Assembly (NCBI GenBank): GCA_049322255.1
Contig: JBMORE010000018.1
Coordinates: 1-34,378, forward strand
Length of the DNA stretch: 34,378 nucleotides
DNA from: Myxococcota bacterium
GTDB taxonomy: Bacteria > Myxococcota > Myxococcia > Myxococcales > Myxococcaceae
Direction: 5' to 3'
Positions 8,306 to 17,200 of this stretch are shown one piece after another. Under the pieces are notes generated by a model. That model was not told the DNA's origin. It saw nothing but the letters and a program-made list of their open reading frames with translations, and searched no databases. Made by a program: the position numbers and the translations under genes. Each line of letters opens with the position of its first letter. The stretch's first letter is position 1.

Positions 8306-9589
8306 TCAAGCTCGTGGACGGCGCAGCGAGGTGACATCGAAGACCTCCAATCGGACCCGGGGGTGTTTGGCGGCCAGCGATGAACGCACCCACCGTCGTT
8401 CGAGATCAGCCAGCAGCCGACGGCGCTCGTCGGCGTGGAGGCGTCTCCACTTCACCTCGCCGACCAGCAACATGCGAGGCTCCTTCGGGTCTGGCGCGAC
8501 CAGGTCGAGCTCGAGTTGGGGTTCCCAGTAGCGCTGGGCGCCCGGATGTTGCTCGCGCCAATAGTCCTCGAACACGGTGGAGGTGTGCTCGGCGAGCAAA
8601 GCCTGTTTCTGCTCCACGGAATAGGTGCGCCAAAGGCTCCGGTGCGGCGAAAACACCCGAAACCAGAATCGAAGCGAGGGGTCTTCGATGCGGTAGAGCA
8701 CCTTCTTGGTCGAGCGCAGGCTCTCGCCAAAAGGCAAGTCGCGCACGAGCACCGAGGCATCGAGGAGCTGCTGGAAGAGCCGTGACAGGTGTGTCTGCGG
8801 TACCCCGAGGCGGGAGGCGATCTCCGACGGCCGCTCTGCCCCGCGACCCACCGCTTCGAGTACTCCGAGCGCTGCGACCCCGGTGATTCCTTCGTCCCGC
8901 AGAAGGCGCTTGGGCTCCTGCTCCAGGTAGGAGGCGAGCTCGAAATAGAGGCTCTCCGCAGCCTCCACGGGCGATGACTTGCCTTCGAGCAGCTCCCAAT
9001 ACTTGGGCACTCCGCCCACCAGCGCGAACTTGCTGAAACTGTCCGGCTTGCCAGGGTCGAGCCGGAGCGCCCCGCAGAACGCGGCGTAGCTCATCGGACG
9101 AAGGTGAAGCAGCTTCTGCGCTCGGCCGAAGAGAGGAGCCGACCGGTCGAGGAAGAGGCCGTGCATCATCCGCAGGCTCGAGCCGGCGAGTATCAGCGTG
9201 CAGCCCTTGGGCATGGAGTGGTCGACCCAGCGCTGGAGGATGCTGGGCAGGGACGGATTCGAGGCCACGAGGTAAGGGAATTCGTCGAGGCAAACCACCC
9301 AACGCCGCTTCTCCACCCGGAGCAGCTCGAGAAGCTCCGCCCAGCTCTTGGGGGCGAGCTCGGTCGTGAGCCCCGGGCGCAAGTCCTGGAAGACCTGCTG
9401 GACTTGCAGGTCCTCCGGCGCCTCGATGGCTTGGCTGTACAACCCGCCGTTGCGGTTCAGCCAGTGCACGAGCAGGCGGCTCTTGCCCACGCGCCTGCGC
9501 CCGAACAGCACCCCAAGCCCACCCTTGCGGGCAGCCGCGTCGAGCTCGGCGAGCTCCGCACGGCGATTGACGAAATCGAGGCCCAACAT
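8306..9589 (-). CDS. Archaeal-type AAA ATPase with wHTH and C-terminal DUF234/PD-(D/E)xK domain
   Basis: FVNRRAEL, Walker A GRRRVGKS, Walker B LDEFPY, LAGSS, GGVPKY, YRIEDPSLRFWFR, ELDLV...GEVKW. Confidence 0.85.
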   Translation of the reverse strand: MLGLDFVNRRAELAELDAAARKGGLGVLFGRRRVGKSRLLVHWLNRNGGLYSQAIEAPEDLQVQQVFQDLRPGLTTELAPKSWAELLELLRVEKRRWVVCLDEFPYLVASNPSLPSILQRWVDHSMPKGCTLILAGSSLRMMHGLFLDRSAPLFGRAQKLLHLRPMSYAAFCGALRLDPGKPDSFSKFALVGGVPKYWELLEGKSSPVEAAESLYFELASYLEQEPKRLLRDEGITGVAALGVLEAVGRGAERPSEIASRLGVPQTHLSRLFQQLLDASVLVRDLPFGESLRSTKKVLYRIEDPSLRFWFRVFSPHRSLWRTYSVEQKQALLAEHTSTVFEDYWREQHPGAQRYWEPQLELDLVAPDPKEPRMLLVGEVKWRRLHADERRRLLADLERRWVRSSLAAKHPRVRLEVFDVTSLRRPRA

Positions 9590-9640
9590 GATGTCCGTGT
9601 AAGACTATGCGATTGAATAATTATTATGTCCAGACATCAT
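9588..9640. promoter_or_regulatory. AT-rich promoter/operator region of the ATPase-nuclease gene
   Basis: Half-sites ATGATGTC (9588-9595), ATTATGTC (9623-9630) and inverted GACATCAT (9633-9640); palindrome AATAATTATT (9616-9625). Confidence 0.5.
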
Positions 9641-9737
9641 CGCGTAAAGGATGAGCCGACAATGAGCAACGGCATCTGCAGCGCTTCGTGGACGTGCGGC
9701 CGAAGCGAAGAAGCTGATCATCGACACTGGATTCGCC

Positions 9738-9761
9738 GCAGCCTCCGCAAGGCGAGGCTGC
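9738..9761. other. GC-rich stem-loop with GCAA (GNRA) loop upstream of cstA
   Basis: GCAGCCTC-cgcaaggc-GAGGCTGC perfect 8-bp inverted repeat; no U-tract. Confidence 0.4.
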
Positions 9762-9803
9762 TCCCACCTTGCCCTCCGGCTGTGTCCTTGTCACAACCCG
9801 TCC

Positions 9804-11489
9804 ATGGCTCTACCGCTCATCGCCTCCGCGGTCCTCGCGGTGCTCTTTTTCGGCTACCGGCTCTACGGGGGCTTCATCGCGCGCCAGTACAACCTCTCCC
9901 CGGAAGCAGTCACCCCGGCGCATCGGGTGAACGACGGCGTCGACTTCGTGCCCACCCGACCGTTCTATCTGCTCGGCCAGCACTTCTCGGCCATCGCCGC
10001 CGCCGGACCCATCGCGGGCCCCATTCTTGCGTGCCAGCAGTTCGGGTGGCTCCCGGCGCTCTTGTGGATTTCCCTCGGAGTGGTGTTCATCGGTGCGGTG
10101 CACGACTTGTCTACCCTGGTGGCCTCGGTGCGCCACGGCGCCAAGTCGATTGCCGAAGTCGTCAAGACCCACCTGGGGCCGAGGGCGGGAGTGGCGATGC
10201 TCGCCTTCATCTGGGTGGCGCTGGTCTACGTCATCGTCGCCTTCGCCGACGTCACCGCTTCTACCTTCGTTGCCCAAGACCCCGACCTCGAGGGGCTGAC
10301 CTTCACCTTTCACCAGGGCGGGGCGGTGGCGATGGCGTCGGTGCTCTACCTCACCCTCGCGGTGGTGATGGGGCTGTCGGAGCGCTTCCTCGAGCCGCCG
10401 CTGTGGCTGCAGACCATTCTCTTCGTGCCGCTCACCCTGGTGGCGGTGTGGGCAGGCACCCGGCTGTCGGGAGTCTTCGTGCTCGACGCCAAGACATGGG
10501 CGGTGCTCATTCTCGCCTACTGCTTCGTCGCCTCGCTCGTCCCGGTGTGGTCGCTCCTCCAGCCGCGCGGCTATTTGGGCGGCTTCGTGCTCTACCTCGC
10601 GCTGGCCATCGGGGTGGTGGGCATCTTCTTCGGCGGCTTTCCGGTGGCGCAGCCCGCCTTCAAGGGTTTTGCCGTGCCAGGCGGAGCGGGCTCTCTCTTC
10701 CCCTTTCTCTTCGTCACCATCGCTTGCGGCGCGTGCTCCGGGTTCCACGGGCTGGTGTGCTCGGGCACCACCTCGAAACAAATCTCCAGCGAGCCGCACT
10801 GCAAGCCGGTGGGCTACGGAGCGATGCTGCTCGAGGGCTTCGTCGCCGTCATCGCCCTGGCCACGGTGATGATTGCCTCCCAGGGCGAGCTGGCGGGCAA
10901 GGCACCGGGCACGGTCTACGGCATCGGGCTCGGGCGTTTCCTCGCGGTGGTCATCGGCCCCCAATACCTGCCGTTCGCCATCACCTTCGGAGCGATGGCC
11001 TTCTCCACCTTCGTTTTCGACACCCTCGACGTCTCCACCCGGCTGGGCCGCTACATTCTCCAAGAGCTGTTCGGCTGGCAGGGTCGGATGGCGGCGATGG
11101 GAGCGACCTTGCTCACGGTGGGGGTGCCGTTGGCCTTCGTGCTCTTGGCGGGCAGCGGAGCGTGGCGGTCGTTCTGGACGCTGTTTGGCACCTCCAACCA
11201 ACTGCTCGCCGCGCTCTCCTTGGTGGGAATCACGGTGTGGCTGAAGAAGACCGGCAGGCGCTATTGGTACACCCTGTGGCCGGGAGCCTTCGTCTCCGTC
11301 GTCACCTTGAGCTCCCTGTGCCTGCAGATTCGCGACGGGTTTTTCGCCGGCCCGGTGAGCGCGGTGCAGCGGGTCAACGGTGCGGTGTCGCTGGTCTTGC
11401 TCGTGCTCGCCGGGTCGCTGATGGGGTTCGGGGTGCGAGCGATGCGCCAGAAGGAAGGCCCCAAGGTGCTCTCGGGAGCAAGCGCGTAA
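9804..11489 (+). CDS. cstA: Carbon starvation protein A (peptide/pyruvate transporter family)
   Basis: TPAH...DGVDFVPT...GQHFSAIAAAGPIAGP, LLQPRGY, LFVTIACGACSGFH, YGAMLLEG, WTLFGTSNQLLA. Confidence 0.92.
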   Translation: MALPLIASAVLAVLFFGYRLYGGFIARQYNLSPEAVTPAHRVNDGVDFVPTRPFYLLGQHFSAIAAAGPIAGPILACQQFGWLPALLWISLGVVFIGAVHDLSTLVASVRHGAKSIAEVVKTHLGPRAGVAMLAFIWVALVYVIVAFADVTASTFVAQDPDLEGLTFTFHQGGAVAMASVLYLTLAVVMGLSERFLEPPLWLQTILFVPLTLVAVWAGTRLSGVFVLDAKTWAVLILAYCFVASLVPVWSLLQPRGYLGGFVLYLALAIGVVGIFFGGFPVAQPAFKGFAVPGGAGSLFPFLFVTIACGACSGFHGLVCSGTTSKQISSEPHCKPVGYGAMLLEGFVAVIALATVMIASQGELAGKAPGTVYGIGLGRFLAVVIGPQYLPFAITFGAMAFSTFVFDTLDVSTRLGRYILQELFGWQGRMAAMGATLLTVGVPLAFVLLAGSGAWRSFWTLFGTSNQLLAALSLVGITVWLKKTGRRYWYTLWPGAFVSVVTLSSLCLQIRDGFFAGPVSAVQRVNGAVSLVLLVLAGSLMGFGVRAMRQKEGPKVLSGASA

Positions 11490-11491
11490 GG

Positions 11492-11866
11492 TCAGCGCGC
11501 GGCGTCCGCCCAGCGCTGCACCTCGAGGGCCAGGTGGCTCAAGTCCTCGCCCTTGGTGATGTACCCGTCGGCGCCGAACTGGCGAACGTAGTTTTCGAGC
11601 AGCTGCGGGTCCATGCTGGAGAAGAGGAGCACGGGCGCGTCGATGCCCAGCCGGTGGCGGACGTAGTCGACCAAGTCGTAGCCGAACCCCTCGGGCATCA
11701 TCACATCCAAAAGCACCACGTCGGGACGGAAGCGGCCCAAGACAGCGGCCATCTCGCTGAAGTCTTTGGCCACCGCCAGCTCGTAGCCGGCTTGGCGCAA
11801 GACTTGGGCTGAGAGCAGGAGCACCGGCTCGCTGTCATCGAGGATGAAGACTTTTCGCGCGCCCAT
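11492..11866 (-). CDS. Single-domain response regulator
   Basis: ILDDS, LLDVMMP, FSS, YITK receiver motifs. Confidence 0.9.
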   Translation of the reverse strand: MGARKVFILDDSEPVLLLSAQVLRQAGYELAVAKDFSEMAAVLGRFRPDVVLLDVMMPEGFGYDLVDYVRHRLGIDAPVLLFSSMDPQLLENYVRQFGADGYITKGEDLSHLALEVQRWADAAR

Positions 11867-11876
11867 CTTCGCCTCT

Positions 11877-12659
11877 TCAAGAATTCAGCAGCATTTGCAG
11901 CGTGTGGAAGAGAGGTTTCACCGAAAAGGGCTTCTTGACGAACATCAACCAGTCGTCGGCCGGCTCTCCCGATGGGCCGCCGAGGACGATGATGGGCAAC
12001 TTCTTCCAGCGCTCGTTCCGGCGAATCTCGGCCAAGACGTCTCCCTGCGAGTGGGCTTGGGTCTCGAAGTCGAGCACCAGCAGATGGGGCGGCTTCGTGG
12101 TCAAGAGGTGGCGCAGCTCCACCAGGCTGGCCGCGCAGGCGAGGTCGAGGTCCCACGTCGGTTGGCCGGAGGAGCCAGCAGCAAAGCGGGTGATTTGAAA
12201 CTTGAAGAGGTCTCGGAGGATGGGGTTGGTTTCCAAAAAAACCACGCGCAGCGGGCGCGCGGGCGGAGCAGAGAGCGCCGGTGCTCCGTCGCTGGAGAGA
12301 GCCAGCGCACGTGTCACCAGGTCGTCGAGCCGCGCCTTGATTTCAGCGGAGACGTCCTTGAGCTCGACGCCGACTCCTTGCGGGTACTTCTCCCCGTTGG
12401 ACGTCCAACGCACCTCTCCCTTGACCTCCAGCGGCTCGAACCCAGAAGGGAAAGAGATGTTCATCAGGAGGACTTGGCCTACCACCAAGGGCAGCTCGGT
12501 GCGTAAGAACAAACCACCGCTACCCAAGCTGGTGAGGAAGTCGCTTCGGAGCTGGCCCAAGGATTCGTACTCCACCTTGAGCAAGAGCTCACACCGTGGG
12601 CCGCGGGGCCCGCGCGGGCGGTCAGGCGATTCTCTGGGCCCCCGCGGTGGTGTCTGCAT
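11877..12659 (-). CDS. Myxococcus-type PilZ-like domain fused to a degenerate receiver domain
   Basis: SLGSGGLFLRT..PL.VG...GEVRW...GVGVE (PilZ); C-terminal VVFLE...LLVLD...LPIIVLGG...KKPF (receiver-like). Confidence 0.8.
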   Translation of the reverse strand: MQTPPRGPRESPDRPRGPRGPRCELLLKVEYESLGQLRSDFLTSLGSGGLFLRTELPLVVGQVLLMNISFPSGFEPLEVKGEVRWTSNGEKYPQGVGVELKDVSAEIKARLDDLVTRALALSSDGAPALSAPPARPLRVVFLETNPILRDLFKFQITRFAAGSSGQPTWDLDLACAASLVELRHLLTTKPPHLLVLDFETQAHSQGDVLAEIRRNERWKKLPIIVLGGPSGEPADDWLMFVKKPFSVKPLFHTLQMLLNS

Positions 12660-12709
12660 GGTCGGCTCGAAGTATGGGCGGAAAGCCGTGGGTTGGCCAG
12701 GGGGTAGAA

Positions 12710-12732
12710 AAAACGACCGGTCGTGCTAAAAT
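12710..12732 (+). promoter_or_regulatory. TetR operator overlapping an extended -10 promoter
   Basis: Perfect palindrome ACGACCGGTCGT (12713-12724) followed by TG-c-TAAAAT (12724-12732), 9 nt before the ATG. Confidence 0.7.
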
Positions 12733-12741
12733 GTGTTCAAA

Positions 12742-13359
12742 ATGAGGAAAGGCGAAGAGACCAGGCGGCAAATCGTCGAGCGCGCGCTGGCGCTGGCGGG
12801 GGAGGTGGGGCTGGAGGGAGTGACCTTGGGCACGCTGGCGGCGGCGCTCGACCTCTCCAAGAGCGGGCTGTTTGCCCACTTTCGTTCCAAAGAGGCGCTG
12901 CAGCTTCAGGTGCTGGAGAGGGCGGTGGAGCGCTTCGTGGACGCCGTGGTGCGTCCGGCGCTCCTCGAGCCACGGGGCGAGCCACGGGTGCGTGAGCTGT
13001 TCGAGCGCTATTTGGCGTGGATTCGCCGGGGCAGCTCTCGGGGCGGCTGTCTGTTCATGTCTCTCTCCAACGAATACGACGACCGGCCTGGAGTGGTGCG
13101 CGACCGGCTGGTGCGCAGTCAGAAGGAGTGGCTGTCGACGCTCGCCCGCGCGGCCAGCCTCGCCGTCGACGAGGAACAGTTTCGGGCGGACCTGGACTGC
13201 GAGCAGCTCGCCTACGAGGTCTTGGGCATCGGGATGGCTTTTCAACACGCGCACAAGCTTCTGGGTGACCCGCGCGCCGAGAAGCGAGCCCGCGTGGCCT
13301 TCTCCGATCTGCTTTCCCGCGCCGTCCGACGGACACGCGCCACAGCTTCCCGACGCTAG
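12742..13359 (+). CDS. TetR/AcrR family transcriptional regulator
   Basis: KGEETRRQI...GLEGVTLGTLA...SKSGLFAHFRSKEALQ HTH; GGCLF C-terminal motif. Confidence 0.93.
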   Translation: MRKGEETRRQIVERALALAGEVGLEGVTLGTLAAALDLSKSGLFAHFRSKEALQLQVLERAVERFVDAVVRPALLEPRGEPRVRELFERYLAWIRRGSSRGGCLFMSLSNEYDDRPGVVRDRLVRSQKEWLSTLARAASLAVDEEQFRADLDCEQLAYEVLGIGMAFQHAHKLLGDPRAEKRARVAFSDLLSRAVRRTRATASRR

Positions 13360-13385
13360 AGGGCCTGCATCGAAAGGAGACCGTC

Positions 13386-14261
13386 ATGTCCGCCGCCGAG
13401 GTTCTTCCCGATAAAAGCACGACCGTTCGTCTTCGCCCCGTCCGAGTGCCGGCCTGGTTCAGGGGTTCGCTCCGGGTGGCCTCGGTGCTGGCGCCTCCCT
13501 TGGCGGACGAATGGCTGCGCCGAGCCTTCTTCACCCCGCAGCTGGCGCGCGTGCGGCCCGAGGAGGCCCGGATGCTCGCCACCGGCGCCCGCTTCGAGGT
13601 GGAGACCCTGGTCGGGCGGGTGGTGGCCCGCAGCTGGGGCAGGGGGCCGGTGGTGCTTTTGGTTCATGGATGGGGCGGGCACGCCGGGCAGATGAGCGCG
13701 TGGGTCGAGCCCTTGGTGGCGGCGGGCTTCCAGGCGGTGGCGGCCGACATGCCCGCCCACGGCGAATCGGAGGGCAAGCTCTCCAACGTGCTGCAGTTCA
13801 AAAACGCGCTCCTGGCGCTCGGGGGTCAGCTGGGCCCGCTGGCAGGAGTGGTGGCTCATTCTTTCGGGGCAGCGGGGGTGATGCACGCATTGGCGGGCGG
13901 CTTGCGGGTGAAGCGGGTGGTGTTGGTGGCGGCGCCGGCCAGCTTCGAGAGCTTCTGGCTGCGTTTCCGCGAAGGTACCGGCATCAGCCCGGCGCAGTGG
14001 GAGCGGTTCGTGCGCCGCTCCGAGGCTTGGCTCCGGGTGCGTTTCGAGGACGTACAGCCGGGCAAGTTGGCCGTGGGCATGTCCGCGCCGCTCCTTCTGC
14101 TTCACGACGAGGCCGATGGCGAGGTGGCGTTCGGAGAGGGCGTGGAGCTGGCGCGGAAGTGGCCGGGCGCCACCTTGCACGCCACCCGAGGGCTGGGACA
14201 CCTGCGCATCCTGCGCGACCCCACGGTGCTCGAGCGCTCCGTCGCCTTCCTTTCCGGGTGA
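13386..14261 (+). CDS. Alpha/beta hydrolase
   Basis: LVHGW, DMPAHGES, nucleophile elbow AHSFG, HDEADGEV (Asp), GLGH (His); RBS AAGGAG upstream. Confidence 0.9.
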   Translation: MSAAEVLPDKSTTVRLRPVRVPAWFRGSLRVASVLAPPLADEWLRRAFFTPQLARVRPEEARMLATGARFEVETLVGRVVARSWGRGPVVLLVHGWGGHAGQMSAWVEPLVAAGFQAVAADMPAHGESEGKLSNVLQFKNALLALGGQLGPLAGVVAHSFGAAGVMHALAGGLRVKRVVLVAAPASFESFWLRFREGTGISPAQWERFVRRSEAWLRVRFEDVQPGKLAVGMSAPLLLLHDEADGEVAFGEGVELARKWPGATLHATRGLGHLRILRDPTVLERSVAFLSG

Positions 14262-14320
14262 GGGCGCTTTGACATCGTGCTGAAGGAGGTTTAGTCGGGT
14301 GGCTTCTACCGTCCTGGCGG

Positions 14321-16405
14321 ATGATGAATCGCCGCAGCCAACAGCTCCAAGAGCACCTGACCGCGACAGTGAAAAGGGGCGTTCAGCGCGCGCTGGAGAT
14401 GTCCAACCGGCTGCACCTGCCGGCCCCCTCGGTGCTTCCGGCGGCGGGGGCGGTGGTGGGGCTCTACGCCGGGCTGGCGGCGGGCCTGTTCGCCAACCTC
14501 CTCGGCTTGGTGAGCGGGGTGTGCTTTCGCCTGCCTCACCTATTGGAGACCTTCGCGCCCGGTTCGGGCACCTACGGAGCCATTTCCCACGCGTTTCAGA
14601 ACGCCAATTGGCACCTGGAGTACGGGCTCATCGGCGCCCCGGTGGCCCTCTCGACCCTGCTTTTGTCTCGGGTCATCACCCCGGGTGGACCGCGTGACTT
14701 GGTGAAGCGGCGCCTGCGGGTGCTCGCCCTGCTCACCTTGGGGGCGCTGGGCTTGTACTACCCGATGGTGGCGCTGGCGGCGCTCAACACCGTCTTCGGC
14801 CAGATGCACGACCTGGTGCACGCGCTGCGGAGCCTGCCCTGGTGGGCCAAGCTGCTCGCGCCGGCCGTCGGCGGGCTGGTGGTGGGCCGGCTTTTGCGCG
14901 ACCGTCCGGAGACGCACGGCCATGGGGTGCCCGAGGTGGTGATGGCAGTGAAGCAGGAGCGCGCGGGGTTGCCGGCGGACGGCGGCATTCTCAAGCTGGT
15001 CGCCTCGGCCATCACCATCGGCAGCGGCGGCTCGGCGGGCCGCGAGGGCCCCATCGTCTATGGAGGCGCCGCCTTCGGCTCGGCGGTGGGGCAGGTGTTG
15101 GGCTTTTCGCGTAGAGAGCTGTCGGTGCTCTTGGCATGTGGGGCGGGCGCGGGCATCGCCGCCTCCTTCAACGCCCCCATCGCCGGCGCCATCTTCGCCC
15201 TGGAAATCATCCTCCGGGAGTTCCAGCTCAAGGTGTTCTCCCCCATCATCCTCGCCAGCGTCACCGGCACCATGGTGGGTCGAGGCGTGATGGGCAGCTC
15301 CCCGATGCTGGCCCGCTTGGGTTACCAGCTGGTGAGCGGCTGGGAGATTCTGGGCTACGTGGGGCTGGGCGTGGTGTGTGGGCTCATCGCCTTCGCCTTG
15401 GTGCGCCTGCTCCACCACTCGGAGCGCTTCTTTTCCGGCCGCTTCCCTGGTGTCCTCTCCCCCCTCTTGGGGAGGCAGCCGCTGTGGGCGCGCGCCGGGC
15501 TGGGCGGCTGGGTGGTGGGCCTGATGGTGCTCGCCAACTCAGCGGTGTGGGGCACCGGCCACGACTTCGTCAACCTGGCCTCGGTGGGAAACCTCTCGCT
15601 CACCTTTTTGGTGACGGCCTGCGCGCTCAAGCTTTTGGGCACCGCGGTGACCATCGGCTCCGGCGGCTCGGGAGGCACCTTCTTCCCAGCGACGGTCATC
15701 GGGGCGATGGCCGGAGGAGCCTTCGGCACCGTGCTGCACGCGCTCTTCCCCACCATCACCGCGCCCTCGGGAGCGTACGCCATGGTGGGCATGGGCGGGG
15801 CGGTGGCGGGGCTGACCCGCGGGCCGCTCACGGGGATGATGATGCTCTACGAGCTGTCGGGGAACTACGCCATCATCCTGCCCCTGATGGTGACCTGCAC
15901 CATCGCCTCGGCGCTGTGCCACGCGCTGGTGGAACGCCGCGCGCCCAAGGTGGTGACCGACCAGGAGCTCTTGCGCCACACGCCGGTGCGGGCGCTGGTG
16001 AGCCGGGTGACGCCGGTGAAGCCCGACACGCGGGTGCGCGAGCTGGTGGACCTCTTGCTCTCCTCGGAAGAGGGGACGCTGCCGGTGCTGGACGTCGAGA
16101 ATCGGGTGTACGGCATCGCCACTCTCGCGGAGCTGCGTGAGGTGTGGCGAGACGAGCAGCTCAGCCGCATGCTCAACGCCGTCGACGTGGCGCGTAAGGT
16201 GCGCCCGCTCACCGCCGAGCTGGACTTGGCCTTCGCCCTGGAGGCGATGGACCAGCACGACGTCGACGCGCTCCCGGTGCTGGAGGACGCCGCCGCCGTC
16301 CCCCTGGGCATCGTCTCCCGCGCCGCCATTCGGCGCTGGCTGTTCCGCCAGCACTCGGCCCAGCACGCGTTGGGCAACGAGCCGGTGGCCGCCACCGAGC
16401 TTTAA
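14321..16405 (+). CDS. ClC-family chloride channel/transporter with C-terminal CBS pair
   Basis: GHGVPE, GGSAGREGP, AASFNAPIAG, GSGGSGGTFFP; two CBS repeats (LPVLD, LPVLE). Confidence 0.92.
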   Translation: MMNRRSQQLQEHLTATVKRGVQRALEMSNRLHLPAPSVLPAAGAVVGLYAGLAAGLFANLLGLVSGVCFRLPHLLETFAPGSGTYGAISHAFQNANWHLEYGLIGAPVALSTLLLSRVITPGGPRDLVKRRLRVLALLTLGALGLYYPMVALAALNTVFGQMHDLVHALRSLPWWAKLLAPAVGGLVVGRLLRDRPETHGHGVPEVVMAVKQERAGLPADGGILKLVASAITIGSGGSAGREGPIVYGGAAFGSAVGQVLGFSRRELSVLLACGAGAGIAASFNAPIAGAIFALEIILREFQLKVFSPIILASVTGTMVGRGVMGSSPMLARLGYQLVSGWEILGYVGLGVVCGLIAFALVRLLHHSERFFSGRFPGVLSPLLGRQPLWARAGLGGWVVGLMVLANSAVWGTGHDFVNLASVGNLSLTFLVTACALKLLGTAVTIGSGGSGGTFFPATVIGAMAGGAFGTVLHALFPTITAPSGAYAMVGMGGAVAGLTRGPLTGMMMLYELSGNYAIILPLMVTCTIASALCHALVERRAPKVVTDQELLRHTPVRALVSRVTPVKPDTRVRELVDLLLSSEEGTLPVLDVENRVYGIATLAELREVWRDEQLSRMLNAVDVARKVRPLTAELDLAFALEAMDQHDVDALPVLEDAAAVPLGIVSRAAIRRWLFRQHSAQHALGNEPVAATEL

Positions 16406-16752
16406 CGCCAGTTGCTCATCGCTCCCAGGTCGTGCACGGCCGAGAAGTTGGCCTGGGAGAGAATCTTCTTGGCCCGGCCGCTGCGCATGCCGCTGCGGCA
16501 GTAGACCACCACGGGCTTTTCGCGCGGGCCGACGTCGGCGAGGCGGCGTTCCAGCTCCTGTACCGGAATGTTGAGGGCGCCAGCGAGGTGGCCGGAAGCG
16601 AACTCCTCGGGGGTGCGTACGTCGAGCAGCACCGCCCCCGCCTCCACCAGGCGTTTGGCTTCGCCGGCGTCGATTTGACCGGCCCCCCGTGCCCACCAAA
16701 ACCACCCCACCGCCAACACCACCCCGGCGACCACGACGATTTTCCAGTCCAT
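16402..16752 (-). CDS. Membrane-anchored rhodanese-domain protein
   Basis: N-terminal TM; LDVRTPEEF.SGHL.GA.NIP; active-site loop YCRSGMRS. Confidence 0.9.
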   Translation of the reverse strand: MDWKIVVVAGVVLAVGWFWWARGAGQIDAGEAKRLVEAGAVLLDVRTPEEFASGHLAGALNIPVQELERRLADVGPREKPVVVYCRSGMRSGRAKKILSQANFSAVHDLGAMSNWR

Positions 16753-16768
16753 ACCGATGGCGACTCCT

Positions 16769-17113
16769 CTAACCCGGGGGCCAGCCGAGGGGCCGCCCGC
16801 CCAAAAGGTGCAGGTGAATGTGGAACACCGTCTGCCCTGCGTCGCGATTGGTGTTCATCACCAATCGGTAACCCGCGTCGGCGTGGCCGCGTTCCTTGGC
16901 CAGCTTGGCGGCGCAGAGGAAGAGGTGCCCCACCCCCAGGCGGTCCTCGGCGGTGAGCTCGTTCACCGTCTCGATGTGCTTGGTGGGCGCCAACAGGACG
17001 TGCGTGGGCGCTTGAGGGCGAATGTCCTCGAACCCGAAGCACAGCTCGTCTTTGTGCACGAGCTTGGCGGGGATTTGCCCGTCGCGAATCTTGCAGAAGA
17101 GGCAGTCGGCCAT
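16769..17113 (-). CDS. hinT: Histidine triad nucleotide-binding protein
   Basis: DCLFCKI, DIRPQAPTH, AGQTVFHIHLHLLGGR...WPPG. Confidence 0.92.
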   Translation of the reverse strand: MADCLFCKIRDGQIPAKLVHKDELCFGFEDIRPQAPTHVLLAPTKHIETVNELTAEDRLGVGHLFLCAAKLAKERGHADAGYRLVMNTNRDAGQTVFHIHLHLLGGRPLGWPPG

Positions 17114-17200
17114 GCGCCCATCCTAGTGGACGCTGCCTGGCGGCCCCCAAGGCAAAAAGCGCGCGTTGCGCCTCCCATTCGCTCGTGAAACAACCCGCCC

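Noticed and set aside
9680..9718. TTCGTGGACGTGCGG (FVDVR) resembles the tonB tail (LVDVR) and bases 8311-8320, a possible duplication flanking the ATPase gene
   Set aside because: Only about 9-12 matching nt in GC-rich DNA; much weaker than the rapZ duplicate.
14269..14297. TTGACA upstream of the ClC gene as a sigma70 promoter
   Set aside because: Perfect -35 but only a poor -10 (TAGTCG) at 17 nt spacing; insufficient support.
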